Both the position numbers and the translations under genes were made by a program. A DNA stretch of 64,000 nucleotides from Dictyostelium discoideum (lineage: Eukaryota): positions 960,001 to 1,024,000 of the forward strand of contig CM000155.2 of NCBI GenBank assembly GCA_000004695.1, given 5' to 3'. Under the pieces are notes generated by a model. The model made no database searches. It was not told the origin of the DNA and was given only the letters and a program-made list of their open reading frames with translations. The first letter of the stretch is position 1; every line of letters starts with the position of its first letter. Positions 1 through 13,029 of the stretch are shown here, piece after piece.

Positions 1-393
1 CTTTGTTTATCATTTAATTCATTCTTTAAAAAATAAAAAAAAAATAATAATAAAATAAAAAATAAATAATTAATAATTTTATTTTTTATTTTTTATAAAA
101 AATAAAAATAATTGAAAAAAACTTACCATCCAACTATATAAAATAACATAATATACTAAATCTAATGCACTTAATTTTTCATTTAAAATAAATGTTTTAG
201 TTAAAAGATCTTTATTTAATTTATGTAATAAAACTTCTTTCTTTTTATCTTGAGTATTGAAAGCATCTGAAATTTCATCTAATGTTTTTAATGTATTTGA
301 ATCAATCTAATATTAAATTTCAAAAATAAATAAAAAATATAAAAAAAAAAAGTTTGTAAATAATTAAAAAATGTGATCACACACACAATGAAG

Positions 394-441
<48 letters not shown>

Positions 442-898
442 ATTTGGGTATAAAGATTTAATAAATTCGTTTTCAGTAAATAATTTTGATAATTTTTCTT
501 TTGTACTGTCAAAAGTTGGTAAAGTTGTTGGAGTTGAAGGTTCAACTTTTGAAAGTAAGTTAAAAAATAATTGGACGTTCATTTTCTTGTCAGTTACTTG
601 AAAAAAATTAAAATAAAAAATAAAAAAAAAATTTTTTAAAAAAAAAAATAAAAAAAAAATAAAAAAAAATTAAAAAAAAAAAAAAAAATTAAGAAAAAAA
701 AAGAAAAAAAGTAAAAAAAAAGAAAATTAATAAAAAAATTATAAAATTCAAAGAAAGATCAACAATAACAAAAAAAAAATGATTTTAATTTAATTTAATT
801 TAATTTTTTTCTTTTTTTTTTATTTAATTTTGAGAAAAAAAAAAGTATAAATTAAAAAAAAAAAAAGTTTTAATTTCATTTTTTTAAAAACCAAATAG

Positions 899-1011
<113 letters not shown>

Positions 1012-1031
1012 TAAAATAATAATAATTTTAA

Positions 1032-1952
<921 letters not shown>

Positions 1953-2171
1953 AAAAAAAAAAAAAAATTATTAATAAAAAAAAAAAAAACAATTTGTATA
2001 ATATTCATTTTTTATTTATTTATTTTTTTTTATTTTTTTATTTTTTATTTATTTTTTAGTTTTAATATTAATTTAATTATTCTATTTTTATTAAAAATCC
2101 AGCAAATCACCTTTCAAATTTCACAAAAAATCCTAATTTTAGGATTTTTTTTATTTTTTATTATTTTTTTT

Positions 2172-2230
<59 letters not shown>

Positions 2231-2282
2231 TGAAAATAATATTTTACCTTTATTTTTTTTTTTTTTTTTATGAGAATAAAAA

Positions 2283-2885
2283 ATGAATAAAAATAATAAT
2301 GATGGTCACTTTGAAAATTCGACATCAACATCATCATCACTTAATGATAGAAAAGGAACAGAAAAAAAAGATAATCATATAATACAAAATTTTTCAACAG
2401 ATTTAGATCTAAATAAAAATGAAAATATTAGCGAAAATATAACAACAGATTTAAATTCTTCTTATATAAGTGATGAAGATGATAACCAAGAATATAATAA
2501 TGAGGATGAAGATTATGATCAGCAGGATGATCACTATAAAAGTGATTTTTTTAATTCTGTATCAAAAAATTATAAAAATACAACATCAACAACAACAACA
2601 ACAACAAATAAAGCGCATATAAACAATATTGAAAACGATATCAATAATAATAATAATAATAATAATATAGTTTTAGTAAATACAAAAAATACATTACAAT
2701 ATTCACAAAAAGAAACAAATAAAATAAGGAAAAAAAATACTAAAAAATTATTAGAATACGATAAAAATAACCTTGAATATACTTTAAATAGATTAAAAAA
2801 TTCTTCAAATTATTGTGGTAGTGAATTTTCAAGGTTATTATTATCTGTAAATTCAATTTGTAATAATGTAAATATAAATTTATAA
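2283..2885 (+). CDS. Hypothetical low-complexity (Asn/Asp/Thr-rich) protein, 200 aa
   Basis: ATG-initiated ORF preceded by a (T)56 tract at 2174..2229. It has no recognisable domain, and the composition is typical of Dictyostelium coding low-complexity sequence. Confidence 0.35.
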   Translation: MNKNNNDGHFENSTSTSSSLNDRKGTEKKDNHIIQNFSTDLDLNKNENISENITTDLNSSYISDEDDNQEYNNEDEDYDQQDDHYKSDFFNSVSKNYKNTTSTTTTTTNKAHINNIENDINNNNNNNNIVLVNTKNTLQYSQKETNKIRKKNTKKLLEYDKNNLEYTLNRLKNSSNYCGSEFSRLLLSVNSICNNVNINL

Positions 2886-2920
2886 ATAAATATATTCAAT
2901 AAATAAATAAATAAACACTA

Positions 2921-2987
<67 letters not shown>
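2921..2987. repeat. (ATT)n trinucleotide microsatellite
   Basis: Direct reading. Confidence 0.9.
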
Positions 2988-2989
<2 letters not shown>

Positions 2990-3218
2990 ATAAATAACTT
3001 TTTTTTTTTTTTTTTTTATTAATATTTTTTTTTATACATTTCAAATTTTTTAGATAACAAAATTATCACACGATAATATGGAAAACTATTCAAATATTAT
3101 AGATAAAACAACATTTGAAAGTATAAAATGCGCAGAATCAATGAAAATGTTGATTAATAATATGGAGTTATTAAATTCTGATATATTTGAAATTTATAAA
3201 TTAAATAATCAAACGGAA

Positions 3219-3268
<50 letters not shown>

Positions 3269-4333
3269 ATTAATATTTATTCAATTATTTTCCTTTAAAA
3301 AAAAATCAAATATCACTCTCATATTCACACAATCATATTTGAATAATTAATAATAATAATAATAATTATTTATTAGAAAAAATGTTAAAAAAGACGTTGA
3401 TCAATTAGAATTTTTAATGAAATCTTTAATTAAACAGTAATGATTGAAATTCAATAATAATAATAGTGTTTAATAATAAATATTATTGTAAACTTTAAAG
3501 TTAGTTGCGTGCACTTTGTGACAAAATTAGTGGTGATTTTACGAGAGGTAATTGTGATTGTGTAATAATAATAATAATCAATTGTGATCTGGGTTAAATG
3601 TGGTTGGTACCAACCATTTTTTTTATTTTTTTTTATTTTTTATTTTTTTTTCCAAAAAGTTTTTTTTTTTCTATTCTCAACTTTTTTTGGTACCTCCCAA
3701 GATATTAAATGATAATAATCTTCAAATTAAAAAAACGATCTTTTTTTGGAACTTTTTTTGAAAAATAAAAAATAAATAATAAAAAAAAAAAAAAAAAAAA
3801 AAAAATAAAAATAAATGAAAATAATAATAATAAAAAAAAATTAAAATAATAAAAAAAAATAGCAATAGTATTTATTAATTTTTATTATTATTTTCACTTT
3901 TTTTATTTTTAATTTTATTTTTTATTATTTTTTTATTTTTTTTATTGTCTTTGTTGCAGTTTGGATGGTAATTAAAAAAAATAAAACCATATTATTATAA
4001 TAACAACCACTAACACACACACACTCACACACTAACAAATTCTTTTTTTATTTTTATTTTTATTTTTTTTATTTTTATTTTTTTTTATTTTTTTTTTTTT
4101 TTTTTTTTTTTTCTTTAAAAAATAATATTTATTAATTTTCATTTAACACACAAAACAATAGCAAAAAATAATTATTTATTGGATATATTTTTAACTCAAT
4201 ATTTTTATTATTTTTAAATAATTAATTTATTTGTATCAATATAATTTTCTTTTTATTTTTTTTAATTTTTTGGATAACTTAAAAAAACTTATTAAATAAA
4301 AAAAAAAAAAAAAAAAAAAAAAAAGATTAAAAA

Positions 4334-4599
4334 ATGGCATCACTAATTAGCCCTCAATTAAGTAATAATTCATTAAATGTTTCAATTGATCCAAAAGTTA
4401 ATAGCAATAATCAGAATAATAATAATAATAATAATACCCCCTTACTTTCCCCAGTAATGAAATTAAGAGGATTAAAAGTTGCAGTTTTTGGATTAGAAAG
4501 GGAAAATAGTGAATTAAGGCAAAAAATTGATTCTCAAGAAAAAGAAATTTCAAATTATCAAAAATTAATTGTAGAATATGAATCTGAAAATGAAGTAAG

Positions 4600-4633
<34 letters not shown>

Positions 4634-4845
4634 TTTATATTTATCTAATTTCCAAAATTATGATTCTAATCTTTTATTTTTTTTTTTTATTTATTTTTAT
4701 TTTCATTTTTTTTTTTTTTTATTAAAAGCAACATGAAAGAAGACATGCACAATTAGAGGAAGAAATTTTGGAATTAAGGAAACAATTAAAACAATTAAAT
4801 CCAAATTATTTAAATACAAGTGGTAGTTGTATTCAAACAGCAAAT

Positions 4846-4904
<59 letters not shown>

Positions 4905-4908
4905 TAGC

Positions 4909-4970
<62 letters not shown>

Positions 4971-5208
4971 CAATAATAATAATAATAATAATATTAATAA
5001 TAATATAGATAAAGATTTTACACAATTAAAAATTAATGATAAAGAAAGATTTTATTCTGAAGATATACCACTATATTTATATACTGGTAGAAGTTTCCCA
5101 AATTCACCATCAAATGGTTTAAATAATTCATCATCATTTAATTCAAATCATAATAATAATTGTACAACAACTACGACTACAACCACAACAACATCATCTT
5201 CCTTTCAA

Positions 5209-5244
<36 letters not shown>

Positions 5245-5625
5245 ATAAATTTATCACATTCAATGAATAGTAATAGTGGCGGTGGAGGTAGTAATAGTTT
5301 ATCAAATTCAACAAATAATTTTGAAAATGATCATTATACATATGCTTCTTCTTCAACTTCACCAAATCAAACAAATACTCCAAATATTAATAATAATAAT
5401 AATAATAGCAACAATAATAGTAATAACAACACCTTATCAGCAAGTAATAATAATAATAATAGATCACCATTTCAAAAAGGTAAAGGAGGAAATGCTCCAA
5501 ATTCACCAACAATTGTATCATGTGTGTCTGATGGTGTTAATTCCGGTGTAAATATTTCAATGAGTCCAAGTCCAGTAATTCCACAACCAAGAAAAAAATC
5601 AATAATTAGTTTATTCTCTCTTTAA
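4334..5625 (+). CDS. Hypothetical coiled-coil / poly-Asn protein; two exons, join(4334..4594,4729..5625), 385 aa
   Basis: Exon 1 ends at a complete codon, followed by GTAAGT at 4595. The 134-nt A/T intron ends in aaaag at 4728. Exon 2 continues in phase 0 with a heptad-like QHERRHAQLEEEILELRKQLKQL. The ORF track splits this into 4334..4648 and 4768..5625, the second with a TTG pseudo-start. The poly-Asn tract is encoded by (AAT)n at 4852..4985. Confidence 0.55.
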
Positions 5626-6430
5626 AAAAAAAAAATAAAAAATAAAAAAAAAAATAAATAAAAAATAAAATCTAAAAAATAATAATAATAATAATATTTT
5701 TTTTATTTCTTTTTATTTTTTTTATTTTTTTTTATATAGTATTAATATTTAATAATTATTTTGAGTTCATAAAAAAAAAACAAAAAAAAAAAAAAGGACA
5801 TGTAGATATAAAAATATCTTTTTTTATAAACAAAAAAAAAAAAAAAAAATTAATGATGATGCCATTTTTGGGGAATTCAAAAACCTCACAATAAACACCC
5901 TGTTTAAAAATAAAAAAAAAAAAATAAAAAAATAAAAAAATAAAAAAAAAAATAAAAATAAAAAAAATTTAAAAAAAAAAAAAACAACCCTTCTGTTTTC
6001 AAGATTTTTCACAAACTTCTTTTTTATTTTTAATTTTTTTCATATTTCCATATTTTTTTTTTTATAACATTGTTTTTTGTTATTTTTTGCATAAATATTC
6101 TTTTTTAATTTTATTTTATTTTTATTTTATTTTTTTTATTTTTTTTTTTCACATGAAAAAAAGAAATCCACTGCCAATTTCCTATGTGTTGAGCTAAAAC
6201 TAAAAAATAATTCCTTAAATTAATTTGTTTTTTTTTTTTCCCCAAATTTTTTTTTTCGCCAAAACAAAAACCCAAATTTTTTTAAAAAATTAATAGTGCG
6301 ACACAAATAAATGAAAATGGCGCATGTGAGCAAAAATAAAGATATTTTAATTTTCAATTTTTTTATATTGATTATTTTTTTTTCACGTGATCCAATTTTA
6401 TATTAATTATTTAAAATTTAATTTACAAAG

Positions 6431-6464
<34 letters not shown>

Positions 6465-6637
6465 AATATAAAAGTAATGACACTTTATTATTTTTTTTTT
6501 TTTTTTTTTTTTTTTATTTCTTTGTAAATAATTATTTTTAAAAAAAAAAAAAAAATAAAAAAAATAAAAATAAAAATAAAAATAAAAATAAAAATAAAAA
6601 TAAAAATAAAAATAAAAATAAAAATAGAAAAAAAATA

Positions 6638-6799
6638 ATGACATCGGTCGATAATTATTTTTTTAACTTTTTTTTAAAAACAAAGTTAAATAATAAATAT
6701 ATAAATGATGATAAAAATATAAATAAAAATAAAAATAAAAATAATAATTTTAATAATTTTAATTTTAATAATATAATTAAAAATGATGATATAATAATA

Positions 6800-6835
<36 letters not shown>

Positions 6836-7169
6836 TATAATGATAATTTATTTTTTAAAGTTTTTAGAAATAAATATTTATTTTATATTATACTAAAACA
6901 TTTAAAAATATATAATAGAGTTTTAAAATATAGTAGATCCAATATATTCAATTCTAAAACTTTAAAACTTTTTAAATATAAAACATATTTAATAGAATTA
7001 ACATATGGACCTTATTCAACTATTGGACCTCCTGGTTTATTTTTTACTGATCAACAACAGGACAATAAAGACAATGAAAAAATTAGCGATAATAATAATA
7101 TTGAAAATTTTAAAAAAATTATTATAAATGATGAAAATAATGATTATAATAAATTAAAAACTTTTAATG

Positions 7170-7252
<83 letters not shown>

Positions 7253-8696
7253 TATTGTTTTGATGAACCAAATGGAATTTATTGTAATGATCCAATACCA
7301 GTTGGTTGTATACCAAATTCTGTAGTAAAATTAATTGTGAATATAAATAAACCAATTTTAAAAGATGTTTTACCAAATTCAATTTTAGAATTAATATTTG
7401 AAGATGAATTTAATCAAAAAATAATTAATGGAACTTTATCAACTCAATTGGAGTTAATTAAATTTGGTAATGATTTTAATCAACCATTTAATTTTGATAA
7501 AAATAATTTTAATTTCTTTCCAAAAAATTTAAAACAAATTTCATTTGGTGATAGTTTTAATCAAAATATTAATAAAGGTTTATTAATTGATTTGAAGATG
7601 TTGGAAACTTTGCAATTTGGATTGGATTTTAATAAAAGTATTGATGGTTTTGGAATTTTACCAGACAGTATTAAAAATTTAATTTTCTCTAAAAAAACTT
7701 ATAAACAATCATTTCATCCATTATTTTTCCCAAAATCATTAATAAATTTAAAAGGTTTTTATTATGATTTACCAATTACTAAAGAATTAGGACTTGTTAA
7801 TAAAACAAATTTAAAATCTTTAATTTTTAGTAACCAATTTATAAATTTTATTGAACCATATTCATTACCATCATCATTGGAAACAATTATATTATCTTCA
7901 AATTTTAATTTACCACTTCATAAAGGTATAATACCATTTGGTGTTTTAAATTTATCATTTGGTAAAAATTGGAATCAACCTTTAAAAAAATTTGATTTAC
8001 CAATTACAATTAAATCATTAAAGTAAAATTATTATTATAAATTTTAAATTATAAATAATTATAATATATATATATATATAAATTTATTAATTTTTTATTT
8101 TTTTTTATTTTTTTTATTTTTTTTTTATAAGATTTTCAAAAGATTTTAATCAATTAATTAATTTTGAAATTTTACCAAAATCATTAGAAATTTTATATTT
8201 TGGTGAGAAATTTAATCAAATGTTAGAACCATTTATATTACCACAATCAATAAATTATTTAAAGATTGGAAAATCATTTAATAAACCATTATTAAAGAAT
8301 TCAATACCAAATAATGTTAAAATTTTAAAATTGGATTGTAATATTTCATTGATATTATCAAAAGAGAATTATATGAATTCAATTCCACCATCAATTACCT
8401 ACTTGAAATTAAGTTTAAATAGTAGTGAATTCACAATGAATACATTTATACCACCAACTGTTAAATCATTAAAACTTGGAAGTAAAGGAAAACAACCATT
8501 AGGTATAATTCCAAAAACTATAAAATCAATTAAATTCTATTATGAATTCAATCAATTATTATCTGAAAATTGTATACCATCAACAGTTGAATCAATTTCA
8601 ACAAATGGTATAAATAATATTCAAAAATTAATTGATTTTGGTTATAAAGTTAATTATAAACCACATGAAAATTTAGATTTTATATTTTTAAAATAA
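6638..8696 (+). CDS. FNIP-repeat-containing protein; two exons, join(6638..8022,8132..8696), 649 aa
   Basis: Repeated units of the form L-P-x-S-L-x-x-L-x-F-G-x-x-F-N-Q-P (FGNDFNQPF, FGDSFNQNI, FGEKFNQML, IGKSFNKPL) define the Dictyostelium FNIP repeat. Exon 1 ends in phase 2 at aa|GTAAAA (8023). The 109-nt intron ends at ttataag (8131). Exon 2 completes the Lys codon and reads FSKDFNQLINFEILPKSLEILYFGEKFNQMLEPF with no stop, joining the track ORFs 6638..8026 and 8220..8696. An (AAAAAT)n repeat lies in the 5' flank at 6552..6630. Confidence 0.75.
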
Positions 8697-8727
8697 TAAT
8701 TATAATAATTTTTAATTTTTAATTTTT

Positions 8728-8758
<31 letters not shown>

Positions 8759-8858
8759 NNNNNNNNNNNNNNNNNNNNNNNNNNNNNNNNNNNNNNNNNN
8801 NNNNNNNNNNNNNNNNNNNNNNNNNNNNNNNNNNNNNNNNNNNNNNNNNNNNNNNNNN
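8759..8858. other. Assembly gap (100 N)
   Basis: Run of n characters. Confidence 1.
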
Positions 8859-8910
8859 AATACCCTTTTTTTTTTTTCCCCAAAACCAATCAAAAAAAAA
8901 AAAAAAAAGG

Positions 8911-8944
8911 TATAATAATAATAATATTAATAATATTAATAATA

Positions 8945-9041
<97 letters not shown>

Positions 9042-12000
9042 AAAATTATTTTGGAAAGTTTTTCATAATAAATATTTATTTAAATCAATTTTAAATTGTT
9101 TGTCATATGATTTTTTACCAATAGTTTATGAAAACAATGAAATAATTAATAATCAAAGTATTAAACCATTATATTCATTACATTGGTTAATATTTAATAA
9201 ATATAAAAAAACAATAAAACATAAAATTTTAAATAATCATTATTTAACAATTAATTTAGTAAAAAATAAAGATATATTTAAAGATTTGTTTTTTTTATTT
9301 TCAACAAATAAAAATAAAGAATATAATTTTGATGATGATGAAGAAGATCAAGATGAAGATAATAAGTTTGAATATTATTTTAACAATAGTAATGATAATC
9401 CAAATAATCCAAATGATAATCCAAATAATCCAAATGAAATTGAAATAAATTTAAAAGATAAAGAAAATGAATTTTATTTAAAATTATTTAAAAATAATAG
9501 AATTTTATTTAATTATTTTAATTTATCAAGTTGTCAAAATAATAGAATTGATGATTTAATTAGATCAGGTAATTTTAAAGCATTAAAAGTATATTTTAAA
9601 ATAAATAAATTAATTCCAAATAAATTTGAAATTGATAAATCGATTAAACGTGGTGAAATTAGAATTGCAATTTGGCTTTTAAAGAGATATCAACAGGTAA
9701 AGGGTAAACCAATGATTAATACATTTAAGTTTTTACAACAATTTGATTTCACTAATCTAATTGATGAAAAACCAACTTTAAAATTACGTCAATTATCTTT
9801 AATACCAATTTTAAATTCAATTTTACCAAATATAACAAAAACAATAAAAATTAATAATCAAATTAATGATATTCAAAATAATAATCCAAAAGAATTAAAT
9901 ATTAAATTATCAACCATTTCATTTCTTTCAAGATTAAAATCAAGATTATTTAATTCAACAACTGGAGTTATAAATGGTATACCATCAAATAAATCTGAAA
10001 ATATTAGTGATGGTAATTGTCCATTATCAATGAATTATAATGTTTGTTGGTTATTAGAATCTTGTAAAACCATAATCTATTTAAATTCATTTTTAAATTT
10101 TAAAGACAACCAAGAATTGGATCCATTATTATTAATTCAACAAAATGAAATACTCTCTAAAATCACTTTTACAAATCAAGAGAAACAAATTAAAATTTTC
10201 GATTTCGATGCAAAGGATGAAAGAGTTTTTAAACTTTTACAATTTTATTCAAAAACTGAACCTTTAAATCAAGCTTTTATAAATTACAAATATCTTTCTC
10301 TTCCTTTTTATTTTTCAAATATTAATTCAATTTCAATTAAGAATAATTCTTTAAATTTAATTGATTATTTAATTTATTCTTTTGAAATTGCAGATTTCAA
10401 TTTATTTAAAGAATCATTAGATTTATTATTAAAATATCCACAACTTGATCCAATTAAATCGTTACAACCAGTTAAATTAAATTTAACACAACTTTATAAT
10501 AAAGAAATTCAATTATTTAAATTTTGTAAAAATGATCAAGAAAGACAACATCTATTCGTTCATCAAATTTCTAATTGCATTAATAATTATCAATCACCTT
10601 ATAAAATACATACAGTTTTCTTCTTTTCAATTATTGTTAAATTTAATAATTTAGAATTAATTCAATTAGCATTTAATATATTACCAAAATCAAAATTAAT
10701 GTTTGAATATATTTCTTCAAATAAATTAAATTCAAAATCTTTTTCTTCTTCTTCTTCTTCTTCTTCTTCTACTAATACTACTAATAATAATAATTCTTCA
10801 AAAACAAATTTATCACCACCATTAAAAATTAAAAAAATTGAAAAAAAAATTGATGACTATGATGATGTTGAAGATAATGATAATAATGATGAAAATATTT
10901 TAATTATAATTTCAAAATATATTGAATCAATTGAAGTTTTAAAATTTATTTATAAAAGATTTAAAGATATTAAACAACATTGGAAAACTGATTATTGGAG
11001 ACAAAATGGTAGAATGGATTTAATTGAAGCCTATGAAAATCTTGTACCATTGGATGTAAAGTTTACATTCTCAATATCTTATTATTCATTTTCAAAGAAT
11101 CATTTAGAATATTTAAGATATGTTTTATCAAAACCAGAAAGATATCAAATTGAAACAACTAAATGTGATATTGCAATTTCAATAGATGAAACTACAACAC
11201 TAAGAGAAATTGAAAATATTAAATTCATCTTAAACAATAGTGGTACTATTAAATATAGAATTTGTGTTTGGTCAAATTTCACAGCTTGTTATGCCGATTT
11301 AATGTTTTGGATTTGGGATAATCGTAAAACCGATATCTTTCCAACCCAAGGTAATGAAAAGAAATTAATCTCTCAAGGTCATACTTTTGATTTAGTCAAT
11401 TATGTAATTGGTTTAAAATCTTTAAATTCAGATTTATTAACTAATAAGAAAATCACTGATTTTAGTGGTTTCTATTCTTCACCTTGGTTTGATTTAATAA
11501 TTTCAAATGGTGATTTGTTTATGTTTAATCAAATTATTGAAAAATATTTTCATGCTACTTTACCTTCGATAAATAATAAGAAAATCAATAAGAATAATAA
11601 TGATGATCTTTCACTTGTTTTAGAATTCATTGAATCAACAATTCAATTTGGAAATAAAAAAATTATTAATTATCTAATCAATAATCATCCAGAATTCTTT
11701 CAATCTTATAAAGAAATCTTAATTAGATTAGTTATAGATTCAGATATTTTTGATACATTTCAATATTTAATAGATTTAAATATTATTAATTTAAAGAAAT
11801 TTAATATTAATCATAATGATTTAAATCTTCTTTATAATCATAATAAAAAATCAACTTTATCCTCAAATATTTTAGAAATTGATGAAGTTGAAGAAAGTGG
11901 TGTATCTGATGATGAAATTATTAATCAATCAATTAATAATCAATTAATTAATAATCATGATTTTGAAAATGATTATTATGATAATATTGATGATGATAAT

Positions 12001-12189
12001 AATAATAATAATAATAATAATAACATTAATAATGATGCTAGCATTAATTACCCTCCCGTCAATGGTATTATTTTTTCTCCAACTGATAACGAAAATATTG
12101 ATATTGCCTCGGAAAATCCTGAAAATTTGGTTATTTTTGAAGATCCACTTGATCAAAAAATTTATCAATACCTCAAATATACGTTTTAG
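8911..12189 (+). CDS. Member A of a three-gene paralogous family with an N-terminal LFWKVF box; 5' end unresolved because of the gap; at least 1090 aa
   Basis: The first in-frame ATG after the gap is at 9100 (MSYDFLP...). The frame is open upstream through an (AAT)n poly-Asn tract (8920..9039) and the motif NEKLFWKVFHNKYLFKSIL (9037..9096). In paralogues B and C this motif directly follows the start region, so the true start must be in or before the gap. The C-terminus is Asn/Asp-rich, with a stop at 12187..12189. Confidence 0.6.
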
Positions 12190-12419
12190 TTTTAAATAGG
12201 AATAAAAAAAAATAAAAAAAATAAAATAAAAGAAATAAAAAATTAATAAATTAACAGACAATAAAAACCATTTTGTTAAAATAAATATTGATTTTTTTTT
12301 TTTTTCTTTTTTTTTCTTTTATAGTTTTTTAAAGTAAAAAATTAATATTACTAAAATGTTTTATATGTTATTTTTTATTGTTATTATTATTATTATTGTT
12401 CATGTATTATTAAAAATAA

Positions 12420-12943
12420 TTAATCTCTTTGAATTGGAGCTTGTGATTTAATTCTTGGTGGTGGAAGTGGTGGTGGAACATTATTTATATTTGGAGATGA
12501 TACATATTGTTGAGGTTGATAAATAAAGGATGTGTTTGCAGGATGAGTTGATATAATTCGTTTTGGTGGTGGAGTTGGTGGTGTTGAATTTACAGTGCTA
12601 GAAATACAAAGAAATGATTGACTTCTACTATCTTGATTTGGTTTAGGTGGTCTTGGTGGTGCTTGGTCTAAAGTTGGTTGTTGTTGTTGTTGTGGTGGTG
12701 GTTGTGATAAATCTGGTTGTTGTGGTAAATTTGGTTGTGGTGGTAAATTTGGTTGTGGTGGTAAATTTGGTTGTGGTGGTAAATTTGGTTGTGGTGGTAA
12801 ATTTGGTTGTGGTGGTAAAGTTGGTTGTTGTGGTAAAGTTGGTTGTGGTGGTAATGGTTTTGGTGGTGGGGTTGGTGGTAATTTTTTAGTTGGTGGGGTT
12901 GGTGGTAAAGATTTAGTAGTTGGTTTTGGTGATGAAACATCAC

Positions 12944-13029
<86 letters not shown>

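Noticed and set aside
364-582. Track ORF of 72 aa on the minus strand ending in poly-Phe
   Set aside because: The reading frame runs through a (T/A)40 homopolymer. Its composition is that of an A/T spacer, with no domain and a TTG/ATG of convenience. The same reasoning applies to 1756..1992, 3078..3266 (possible exon but unsupported), 5824..6012, 6423..6644, 15915..16139, 20730..20966, 21620..22175, 25350..25535, 26657..26908, 27485..27670, 37878..38120, 38925..39113, 54263..54469, 56584..56892 and 61267..62322.
4810-5025. Overlapping poly-Ile ORFs on both strands (4810..5025 minus; 4820..5008 plus)
   Set aside because: These are alternative-frame readings of the (AAT)n tract that encodes poly-Asn in the genuine frame of the 4334..5625 gene. 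The same artefact explains 7164..7382, 11944..12261, 12647..13108, 13235..13510, 29573..29820, 33200..33811, 39491..39985, 41480..41683, 42434..42619, 43860..44051 and 48796..50077.
8920-9040. Could the long AAT, ATT or TAA arrays be CRISPR-like or satellite arrays?
   Set aside because: They are simple trinucleotide microsatellites without spacers. Many are in-frame poly-Asn coding sequence, and the genome is eukaryotic.
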